Source: Saccostrea echinata (Eukaryota). From it: DNA of 64,000 bases. Made by a program: the position numbers and the translations under genes. Location of the stretch: NCBI RefSeq assembly GCF_033153115.1, contig NW_026889753.1:12028001-12092000 (forward strand), in the 5' to 3' direction. Positions 1 through 11,514 of this stretch are shown here, in pieces (within the stretch, counting starts at the first letter, position 1; each line of letters starts with the position of its first letter). The notes below the pieces were generated by a model. It was not told the DNA's origin. It saw only the letters and a program-made list of their open reading frames with translations, and did not search any database.

Positions 1-619
1 AAGTTCCATACTCATTAAAACCGTGTAGATTTAATTTCATCAAATTGAAATTAGATATTCCGCTCATGTGTGATTATGTAGTGAATCAAAGTTTAAATTC
101 AAATTAGTTAATTTTATGACAATTGTTCAAAATGATCTAGAATATATTAGTAGGACTGGAGAAGTTGATACAGAATGGAGCATTTCTTTTAAAAAGTGAT
201 ATTCCTAGAGCTTGGCTTTTAAGGTATCCTAACACCCCACCTAGACAAAAATAAGTTTGTGAAGTACGTGTATGAGAGGACACAAAATTCAGCTCATCAG
301 TGCCATATATATATGTTTCTTCGGTTCTTTTTATAGGTGTGAAAGGTGAAGGGCGTGTGTGATGCTCAGACTCCGAACACTGTGTATATTGTCCATTAGA
401 AGCTGTAGGGGATCTATAAGCTATAAAGAGCCCAAGACTCTGTCCGGCTGTGCCCTGTTTAGACTATTTAAAATAAACTCTTCTGTTAAACTTCAGATGA
501 TGTGAACAAGGTTCAAAAGCATGCAAGTCACATTAACTTATTGGCAAGAAAAAAAATCTGTGTTACTTCACGGTTCAATTAGAAGAAAGAGAAAAAAAGA
601 TATATCAATATCCATGTTT

Positions 620-1165
620 AGCTTCAGATATATGTCGACTCGATATTTCCCAGTGAACTAGAAATAAAAGACACCATGGAGTCTGCCACATTGGATGTTT
701 TACTGACTATATAGACGATAAGGGCCAACTAACAACTAAACTGTATGAAAAACGAGATGACTTTAGCCTTTTCCATCGATATCGTCAACTTTCATTATAT
801 ATGTAGTAATATTCTACTAGCTATCACCTGTATATGGCGTTTATTCGATACTCAAGAGCATGTTCTGGGTACAATCAAGGCAGACTACTGACAGACAAAT
901 TGATGTTACAGGGATTTCAACAACCTCGTTTAAAGACAGCATTTCGTAAATTATATGGTCGTTATACTGACCTTGTTAGCAAATATAACCTATTATTGGG
1001 TCGTATTTTTACTTACATATTCATACAATTGTTAGGCCTTTGTCTTTATACTAAATTTGACTGTGGAATATTATGTCTACCTGATCAATACATAGGGCTA
1101 AAGGCGGTTGTGACCGGTCGACAGGGAATGCTGATATTTCCGGGGGTCCGTGTTTTATGCCCTGT
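620..1165 (+). mobile_element. Degenerate 3' fragment of a Penelope-like retroelement (RT C-terminus plus 3' UTR)
   Basis: Broken frames read FPSELEIKDT...GQLTTKLYEKRDDF...IVNF...SNI...IRYSRACS...GRLLTDKLMLQGFQQPRLKTAFRKLYGRY. Related copies lie at 44460-44722, 61685-63712 and 32075-32133. Confidence 0.75.
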
Positions 1166-3351
1166 TTACAGATTTGTATCGTTTGTAGGTTTTTTTTTTT
1201 TTAGATCGGTCATTGTTCGTTATCCTCACGTTTTTCATATAAAGTTGACCAAAAAGAAAATAGGGGCTGATTTTTTTGCTCAAATATGAGAAAGTACTTC
1301 GACTCAGAGGTACACTGTGCAAAAGTAAGAATGTATATATACCATTGAAACACTGACACAAGGGAAATAACTTGTACAGAATCTAAGTAAGATTCGCACC
1401 TGTAATATGATCATAGATTTGAACTAAAATTCTTGTCTTTTGCGGAAACATTTAGTATTCGAAGTGATTAATATTAATAACTACGCGGGGTCAATTGTTG
1501 GTAACCGGTAGAGGGTGTTCGATCAGTTTTCATTCTGGCGATTCCAATCCATGGTTGTAAACCAAGGCCAAAATGTACTATTCTCTCTCAAATCCAAACC
1601 ACGGCCAAAATGTAAGTATCCTCTCTCATATCCGTGGCTTGAGGCGATGGCTTCGGTCACACCTCTGTTTAATGCACAATATTCAATCTTGATAAGTTTT
1701 AATGCCCTTCGACTTGCCCCGCATATTACATGAATAATAAGCTATTGAGTAATTTCTGAAGCTGTGCTGTTGAGAATGACATTTGCGTAATGATGAAATT
1801 TGAAGGCATATAATTAACATTGTGTTGAACTAATTGTATGATAATGGTATTGAGTGAATGCACAGCAACTACTTTATCGAAATGTCAACAAGGCAATAAA
1901 TTATAAGTTTATTCAAGTGTTATTTTTTTGTTTAGCCAGAGTAGATAAATTGAAAATATCACTCTGCTTCTTACCTTTCATTTACATGTACGTACAAGTC
2001 AAACAAGGAATTAACATGTGCAGGCTCATTTCCAAAAATATAAATTTTAATGAAATATTGTTTTTATTGCATTTTTTTCTGTAATGTACATTTAACAGAC
2101 AGTGAACATAAAAAATCTTTTAAAATGATTCAATAGATTACATAGTTTTGGCAAGGATAGACTCAAATCTGCATAAAATATCCATAATATTATACATTCA
2201 ATTCTGTATAAATCAAGTGACATTTAAACTGAATCACAAAAAACAATCACAGTCAATATTCCAACTAAATAAGAAATTGGGAATACACAGTCTACATAAA
2301 CAAAATTCATATAAAAAATCCCCAACAGTACAGGCTTTATAAAACAAGTAAACAAAAAGATTATGCTTTCATAGTAATCTAGGGTGGATTCAATAATGAA
2401 AGGAAAATTATTTTTTGTAAGAAAATAAATTAAAACTACGAGACCTACTGAAAAACATTTATAAAAATGTGTCTAGTAGCCTGACTGTGTTGATTTGCAG
2501 ACTTTCTCCAGGATAAGTGACTAATCATAATGGCCCGAGATTCCACATACTGTATATAATGTAGATACTTATATGTGACTATCATTCATTTATGACCCGT
2601 TTTATGATGAAATGGTTCCTACATACCAGGTATTAAACACCAAAATACCAATCTGAATTAAAAAAAAAAAAAAACTAAAATGTTCCTATATATAGAAATA
2701 AATGTTTTTGATAAGACGAAGCACAATCAACAATCTCACTTTGGTCATATTTTGATTGAGATACAAACAGACCTTCAGCTTTGATGTATTTCAATTCAAA
2801 AGGAATGTTTGCTACCCAAACAACAGAGATTTAAAAACATTGCTTTGTAGAAAAAAAATAAAAGAGCAATGTTTGTTAAAATAATGATAAACATGTCTGG
2901 CAGATGATAAATTCTGATCTGAACACCTGAATGGTGGTGACCACAACTATACAGAACAGTGGAACATGAAAACTGTTGTTTGTTCTTCAAAGAATGTACA
3001 ATGGAAAACAAAGAACAAATGATAATTATTACTTACAGGTTATCTTGAATCTAATCATTTGTGTAATCCTCAAATGGATTCAAGGAGATTCTTCTACCTT
3101 TATTTTTAAATGAGTATGTTACATCTACTTCTAATTTATGCCTTTTTCTGAACTTGGCCATGAAAATATTTCATTTAAATGTTATTAAAGCTTCACTTAG
3201 TACTCTTTTTCATGTAAATTGATTTTTAAAAAAATCTCTAAAACTCATGACAGGAAAATTGTCTGTGTGCTGAAATTATAGAAAAGTCTTTTTGCCAGAA
3301 GAAAATGTTATTTGCAATAGACATCAGAAAACATTAAGATCTTTTCCTGCT

Positions 3352-6300
3352 CTACAGTTTGGAATGAGGCCTTACACTGAGACTTCGGCCATTCTTGCTG
3401 ATTTTAATAGCCACTTCAAGCCCTTTACAGATCTGGTCAAGCACATGGAACGGCACAGATTTGTTGACTGGAAGGTACACGACATGGTCAATGAGATAAC
3501 GAGCCTCATGAGGATAATAGTGGATCAGCGGAGCAAAATAGTCCAGGTGTGAATTCCATTTCTCTGGTTCAATAATGTTCAACTGAGTGGCACCACGGTA
3601 GGCATCAATCCCCATGGCATTTAATATCTTAACCACAGTATCTGGATTTTCCTGTCAAAAAGTGAATACTTTCTGAATAACCATGCATGAATAATCTTTG
3701 ATTACATGGGCATAAAAACCGCAATGAAATGTAAATTGTGTCATCCATTTTTATGTGAAAATGTATATCATAAATTTATAAATATATACATGTATACTGT
3801 AAACATGAATATATACTGTGTTGTTAATTATCCAAATAAGCAGCAAAAACCATAAGTATTGGGGTATTTCCACAATACCAGGTTAAGGTATTGTAATTAT
3901 TGAAAGAAAAATATACAAGGTATTGGCATGCAGGAAATTGTTCTTAATTCATAGATTTCCCTGATTTAGTGTATATCTTCCCCACATGTATATTTCCATG
4001 TTTACAGTCACAGGCACTTGTTTCGTATACAGGGCACTCCTACTTATTTTTACCACAAGGTACCTAACTCAATTTTAGGCACCCCCACTTCAAGCACGTA
4101 TTTTGTTAATATATCAATCATTAACCTACTTTAAAATGACATCGTTTGCTTCGAGAGACTTTTTTCTTGTCAATTAAATCATTTCAGATGTCTCTGGTCG
4201 AGCCTCTTTATTGTAAACCACTCATTTATTCCTCAAAAATTACCTCAATACATTTAAGACTTTAGATGGGATACAACTTCCGAATGGTGGTAGGATAAAA
4301 CCAGAAACTTCCAAGTATTCCATTCCAAGGTCTCTGGTTTTATCCTTCATTTATATCCCCAACCGGAAATTTGTATCCCATCTAAAGTCTTAATATGTAT
4401 CGAGGTAATTTTCGAGGAATAAATGAGTGGTTTACAATAATGAGGCTCGACCAGAGACGTCTAAAACGATTTAGTTGACAAGAAAAAAGTCTCTCGAAGT
4501 GAACGATGTCATTTCAAAGTAGGTTAAAGATTGATATATTAATAAAATACATGCTTGAAGTGGGGGTGCCTAAAATTGAGTTAGGTACCTTGTGGTAAAA
4601 ATAAGAAGGGGTGCCCCGAATACCAAACAAGTGCCTGTGTTTACAATGTGTAAATGTGGCGATCAAGCAAGTTTGATTGCTGGTAGCCAGGTAGCTTAGT
4701 TGCTAAGGCACCTGACTGGAGATTTAGGGGGCCCGGGTTCAAATCCCAGTCTGGTATGTCGCATTTTTCTCCTCTCCTGTTACAACACATTCTAGAATGT
4801 TGTGTAATTAATTCCATAGTACCAAATACTTACCACCAATATAGGGTAGAGCCAATAGTTGTTGACGGTGCTCTCTGCTCCTACAATTGTCACACATTCT
4901 GGGAGGCGCTCTCTGACATAGTCCCCCTTTATACTGGTTGACTTGAACTCTGTGGGCTTGAAGTTTTTCAGTCTATGTCGAAGAGTTTGTAACAGGGCAC
5001 TGGACGGCTGTTGTCGGATGCGATGAACCATATCACTTGGGAATCCTCGTAACATTTTTATAACATACCGTTTGTGGTCTATATTTAGAGTACGGGTTAG
5101 CCACATGGCAGGTTTGACCACTTGGGGACAGTCCAACAACAAATAAACCATAAAATACTTGGTCAATTTCTTAAAATATTCCCCATGCTTTTGCACAGGA
5201 TATTTAGAATAATGTCTGGACATTTTATCATATAAATCTTGATCACGAATTTTTGCTATTGCACCTCCAAAAGCTGTTGAAGGTTTAATTACACCAAAAC
5301 TAAAGAGGGCCAAGTCTGATCTGGGATTTCCTAACCAATCAAAACCACAGAAACACTCGGCACAATCTTCTATCACAACAACATTCTGATCCTGAGCAAC
5401 GTCTATAATACTGTCCATTTCTACCTGCTTCCCATATATATGGGCCACTAATATGGCTACTGTCTTTGTGGAAATGAGGTGCTTCAGTTGATCTATTTTT
5501 GGACTTGTTCTTTCTATATCAACATCCCAGGGAACAACCTGTAAAAAAAATGGGAAACATCTGTCAATATTTTATGTCTTAGCAATGACTTCACAGCCTA
5601 TGCCTCCGTTATGAAAAGACAGTTAATAGTGGTAAAAGGGCTAAAAGAAAAAAAAAAGAAACTGTAATGAACTGAAAATTCAGTGTTTTGTAGATGGATA
5701 TAGAATAAATTTCACTTGTGAGGCAGGATTTTTTGATAATTTCACTTGTGTTTCACACTTGCAAATATAAAAAAATTCTATGCAACTGAAATTAATTCTA
5801 TATCCAACTAAAAAATTCATTGAATATCTTCTATTGTTATACCTTTAAAAATTTGTTCCTATATAAATCAATACTAATAAAAGTCTAACATTTCCAATAT
5901 TTTACTGAGCGGGCATAAAAAAAAAATTGATGTTTGACCGCGGAGTGAGATATTGGACCTGTCGATGAGATGTTGGACTGCTTACATCACATAATGGGCG
6001 GGGTAAGCTAAATCTCATTTGCATTTCTTGGTGGTTGACATACATGCATGTCAAAAAAAATTAAATAGATAAATAAAAGGTATAACAAAACATTTATTGA
6101 CTGTGTTCTCGGGCAACATGCGTTTTGTCGACCCCTCAAACCAAACTGTTTGCCTGAGGCCTAGCGGCCTCAGGCAAACAGTTTGGTTCTTGGGTCCGAC
6201 AAAACGCATGTTGCCCGAGAACCCAGTCAATAAATGAATATTATTTAGTTTAGATGTGAATTTTGCTCCACATTTTGTGAATATCATGAAAAAATATATA

Positions 6301-8035
6301 GATTTAACATACTGAAGATGAGTTTAACAGGAGTTCTAATTCTTCTTCATTTTTTTTTTAAAATTATCATTATTATTATTATTTTTTTTTTTTTGCTTTC
6401 GATGTGTAAACTTGAACCTTTAGTCCATGGTGTTTAACAATGTACACCATATCAGGAATGTTAATGGCTGACATGATGACCTCCGAGCCTGGTGGATAAT
6501 TTTTGATCTGCAGGAACAGGTCTAGACCGGTCCTGACTGACAGACAAGGTAGGACATGATTCTGATTAGTCGATGTTGTCCACATCTGCTTCAGATCCTG
6601 AATGACCTGCTCTCTGTCTCCACAGCATGTCAGACATCGAGAGGCTGCTCCAAAGATGTCCTTGAACTCAGCATCTATAAGGTCATATAATACACATAAT
6701 TATCAATGTGACAGTTAATGATTAAGCATCTGACAAATGAATAAAATCAGGAATGTCATTGTTTACTTTTATACTGGAATTCCTTCTTTCATCTCTTATT
6801 TTCAGTTTCATTGCACAAAAACTATTTTTCGTGTATTTGTCTATTGGTACAATGATGAATTATGAGGTAATCAAAGCTTTAATATTCAAACACAGGTTTA
6901 TTAACATGATTGATGGCTTGAGAAGATTTAACCATATAAAGGAATATTTTTCAACAAATATACAAAACAATGGGACTTATGAAGGTGTTTTCTATCCTGT
7001 GAGAGATAGCTGTGATCAATTATAATAGATATCTGGTGACTGATGTGTAATTATAGGTCTTCTGTGTTTATTTCTACATACAATAAAAATGTATGTAAGA
7101 AAAGAAATGTATGTAAGAAAATAGCAATATCTTTTGTGTAAAATGAATATATATATTGAAATTTTCCTAAAAAAACATGTATCTACCCATTTACCTGAGA
7201 CATGTTCTATTTACTAGCTTGTAAAGAATGATAATATCAACTTGTAAAGATAGAAAAAAATTTATACATATATGTATGTGAGCTAATTTGCTTCCTAATA
7301 TTGCAAATCTGATTTTGAAAGAAATATTAAAGCCAAACAAATGTCCTTTTGATGAACAGCTACAGTGTGCCTAGTGCATAATAATGTTTAATTCTAGATG
7401 ATAAACTGAAACTGTTATTTTTTCTCATGAAATTTTGCTTTTCATCTATCATACAGGAGTCTAATTTATGACCTAGCTTTAGGACATTTAGAGTTACCTC
7501 CCATAAATCACTTTCATGAAAATTCAACAAGAATACCTTCTCAAAGGGAGCAAAAACAAACCTTAAATCCACATGTACCAAAGTACATATCAAAAATCAC
7601 ATATCTGAAAAGCTGAAGCCTGTTGGTCAAAGGAAGATATTTTTCAGCATTTCTTTACTATAAGAGCAATAATGGCCATATAAAATATATTTTCAGATTT
7701 TCTTTCCCTTTCTATTTGGATTTAAAAAAAAAATGAATGCTATGATCTTTAAAAAAAAGGGAAAAGAAGAAGAAGATATAAGCTCCAGGTATGCAAAAGT
7801 CTTCCATTAATTTCATAAAAAGTAAAAAAAAAAAACAAAGAAATCTGTATGATCTGTACATGTAGAAATTATCTGGCATTCCTCATAGCATGCTCTTACA
7901 ATATTGACAACCCTTCTATACAAAAGATAAGGAATACTAACAGTGCACAATGCACAGGTAGAATAAAATCTACTTACCTATATAGACACAGGTGTATGGC
8001 AGGATGGAGCTGGTTGATTTATCCAGGAATGTCAT
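3352..8035 (-). CDS. PLP-dependent aminotransferase, DegT/DnrJ/EryC1/StrS-like; coding exons 8035-7978, 6674-6418, 5538-4834, 3651-3352 (~439 aa)
   Basis: Four exons join in frame through GT-AG introns (phases 1,0,0). Motifs: SVRTGLDL, GSEVIMSAINIPDM, AHIYG, VIEDCAE (PLP-binding Asp), FSFGVIKPSTAFGGA (Schiff-base Lys), C-terminal YLPV. Confidence 0.85.
3796..4008. mobile_element. Short MITE with ACTGTAAACATG terminal inverted repeats
   Basis: actgtaaacatgaatatatac at 3796 pairs with gtatatttccatgtttacagt ending at 4008. Confidence 0.55.
4009..4639. mobile_element. Fold-back MITE (~630 bp, almost entirely palindromic) with 8-bp TSD
   Basis: Arms of ~290 bp (cacaggcacttgttt...aaacaagtgcctgtg). 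Flanks tttacagt / tttacaat differ at one base. Confidence 0.85.
4655..4784 (+). mobile_element. Solo mini-LTR containing a tRNA-like sequence
   Basis: TGT...ACA ends, A-box-like tagcttagttg and B-box ggttcaaatcc; similar to the unit at 12188-12315. Confidence 0.65.
6091..6236. repeat. Near-perfect ~146-bp hairpin, part of a non-autonomous DNA element
   Basis: catttattgactg...gcctgaggcc-tagc-ggcctcaggc...cagtcaataaatg. Confidence 0.85.
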
Positions 8036-8376
8036 TCTCTGGATTTCTTCGTTCTCTCTATTCTCTGTTTATATATACAGAAAAAAAATTCTTGAATATA
8101 TCCAGAGAGTACGTGACATGTAATATACTGAACTACTAATTGTACAAGATATGCTCATCAAGTGGATATCAATAACTAGATTAATCATAAGAAATGTCTT
8201 TAATTTCTATCTTATTAAGAAATCCTATATAAATACAGAGATTACAGAAAAGACAGGAAATGACTAACCAGACTTAAACCCTGGTTCCCTAGACTTTTAA
8301 CAGGTGCCCTACTCAATGATTCAGTTTTCTGGCCAGTGATGGACTGACAATGAACCCCCATCCCCCTTCATTTAAA

Positions 8377-8642
8377 AACAAGATGTGTTTGTGAAACAAT
8401 GATGCTCCCATATGGCAGCTTTTCCAAAAAATAAGTCAAACTCTCCAAGGTCATGAGGTCAAAAATGTTGGTACCAAAAGAAAGGACTTGTCCCAAGAAA
8501 TACTACAGTGAAATCTGAAAGCCCAAGCACCAACAGTTTAAAATTTATGGCCAAGGTTAAAGCATTTGTGGAAAAACAGACAGATGGATGGACAGATCAA
8601 AACTATATATGCCCAAAAATCTTTGATTACAGGGGCATAAAA
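8377..8642 (+). mobile_element. Short Helentron-associated (HINE-like) element
   Basis: Starts aacaag, has a partial satellite-like unit, a cagacagatggatggacaga microsatellite and a 3' hairpin followed by ggggcataaaaa. Confidence 0.55.
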
Positions 8643-10779
8643 ATATCAATCATTGAAATGATAAAAGGCTGTGGTGCACAGTCTAAGGCATTTATACAGT
8701 GTATAGAACTAAGTCTAAAGAGTGAAATCACAGGGAGATACAAATGTAAAGAAAAACAGGAAGGAAAAAAATCTAAAGAAAACATCTCAACATTCAGGAA
8801 GACTCATACATGTAACCATATGGTAATCAATATATATCTATCTTAAGATCTAAAATTATAAAAGGAGATTTGGCACTGCAATACTGCATTTGTAGGGACT
8901 GGCAATTACATGATAATCTCTCTCTCTCTTATTACCTAAAACCATGCTACATGTCTTTGTAGATTTTTTCTGATCCAGCTAGTTTACCATAATACCTCTA
9001 GCAAACAAGTTTACTATTTACATCAACTTTTGCAAATAACATTGCACTTTCAGTGGCTTTCTTTTTCAGAGAATAATTTCTGATGTATTAGCTATAGCGA
9101 TTTATCCCAAAAAAATTGGTATACATTTTAGTAAGAAGTAATTTTAGCGATTTTATGTCAAGTGAGATAGCTATAACAACTGATAAGGAATAAATCGTTA
9201 GTGATATTCAATTTTAGTGATCTCAAAACCCTTGCTAATAATGCTAAAATTGACACCTTGCTAAAATTTCTGCTTATACAGTATATCAGTAAATATGTAT
9301 GCTTGGCCAGCTAGGATGCTGAACACATGACTTACAACAGTAATTGATACGCTACTGTAAGAATATCATCAAACATAAAATATAAAATATACCGTCCATA
9401 AGGAAAATATTGATATTTACCTAGTAAAATACGTTTCCATAATACACTGACTATGCCTCTATTAAACTGTGTATGTCTTTATTAAATATTTGTAAACATT
9501 AAAGTACAACAAAAAAGCTTTAAAACTTAAAAGAAACATTAAAAATGCATAATTTTAACCTTTGACAAGGTGTTTCACACAGCAAACATTTAGACTTTAA
9601 ACATAATTTCTCACAATGAGCTCTTGAGTTGGATAAGCATCTTGCTAATATAATAATTTAAATATAAATTCCACCGTCTGTTTATCAAAGTTACATTTCA
9701 TGGTACATAAACTTATGCTGAGTCACATAAAATTTTCTTTTTTGATTCTCTTTTCAATCACATCCTCATATCAAAATACATATCTTTTTTTAAATAATTG
9801 CCATTCAATATGACGTATGTGATGTAAAATCAAATACTAGGGAACGAGTTTATATGCAAATGAATTGAGATACATTCACAGGAAAATTCATACTCCCATA
9901 TATGTATATAAAATTGTTACATACAGACTTATAAAATAAAATGCAGACCATGAAGTACACAAAACAGGAAATAAAACACGGGTAACATAAGACAGCCAAT
10001 TATTTTATATCTGCCAGGCACATGTTGACAAAATAGATCAACAGTTTAAACAGATATTGATAGTAATGGGATTAAAATATTTCAATGGATTCAGCTGTCA
10101 TGTGTTCAGGTGTTGTGCTTCACAACATGTGACCTGTGGTAGTGTAGTCATTAGATAAAAAAAATGAATTTAACATATTTTAATAAAAGAACATCCAGAT
10201 TCATGTGTTCAATTCTTCAAAATGTCTTTTCTACTTTATGAATTTATAAAAATTAGAATCAGAAAGTAATCTTGACAAAAATAAAATAATAAACTCTTGC
10301 AAATTTAAGTCATTAATTCATTAAATGCTTTCTATAGTTTGAAACTTCAATGTATGCCAAAGAGCATGCTATTAGAAACCATTGTAAAGAATCACTTGAT
10401 CAAAATTAGTATCGGCTTGCTCATCATGCTCATATAATTTATTTGCAAGTAAATGAGTGGGAACATATTTTAAAAACTTTAATAAAGAGATTAAGTACCT
10501 TATTTACATATAGGATTTTTTCATATTTAAAATTCTTTATCGTGAAATGATAACTATGTTTTACCTTTCTTGAGTTTGTCTTGAAATATAATTAAAATTT
10601 AGAACAATATCCTTCATGCTTCATGTTCTGTATTTAATGTCAAATAAAATCGTGTCCGAAGAAACATTAACAACCATAGGCACCTATGTTAACAACATCC
10701 TTCCACACTGTGTTCTACACACATTCATCCTTTAAGAATGTCTAACTATTCGTAAGACCGTAACATTGTACGTACTTAC

Positions 10780-10880
10780 AGATGATTTAGCATGGATTAA
10801 AAATGCACATCCACCAGGAAACAGGTAGTCTGACACATTGTGAGGCTGTGACACGTCAATGCTGGTAATCAGAGGAGACT
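10780..10880 (-). other. Probable 5' UTR exon of the aminotransferase gene
   Basis: GC-richer island ending in a strong GTAAGT donor on the minus strand. A matching acceptor lies ~30 nt upstream of the ATG at 8035. The 5' boundary is uncertain. Confidence 0.4.
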
Positions 10881-11514
10881 CAAATACAATAAGTGTAGTT
10901 TAGTACAAAAACTTTAAGTTTATAATTCCTTACCTTATTTAGGTCCGAATTAACCCATATTGTCCCGTTATAATCTTTCATTTGACCTCTTTCATAATAT
11001 TGACATTCTCCCAATTTCGCGCATTGAACCAAGATTTCGATCCCGATCAAAATATAGTACAACTGTTTTCATCAAAAGAAGTGACTTATTTGACCAAACA
11101 ATATTTATGAAACATTTGGAAAATAAAGTGAATAAATATTGAAAAAAAGAAAATATAATTCATAACATTTTTTTACATGAAGGGATTAAAACATCGGGCT
11201 CAACAATCTCCAGACCGACATCAAAGAAAAAGAAAGTACAAAGTAGTCAGTAGACAAGGTTTCTATAAAACTGTTAAACAGGCATTAATTGATAATTGAG
11301 TTAAAGTTTGGAATAAATATGTGTTAATTGCTTAAATGAAAAAAGTTTTAAGAGTATTTTTTAATTAAAGTATGATTTGAATGACCAATATTTATTTATC
11401 TATCTAACAACGTTACATGTTTTTTAACTTGATTTGTTCTTTCTTTTAGTTTTACTATCACTTCCAGATAAATGCTTTTCTCAGTGAATTTTTGGGGAAA
11501 AAATCGTCGCTGAT

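Noticed and set aside
834-1289. 151-aa host gene
   Set aside because: Residual frame of a decayed multi-copy retroelement running into its UTR.
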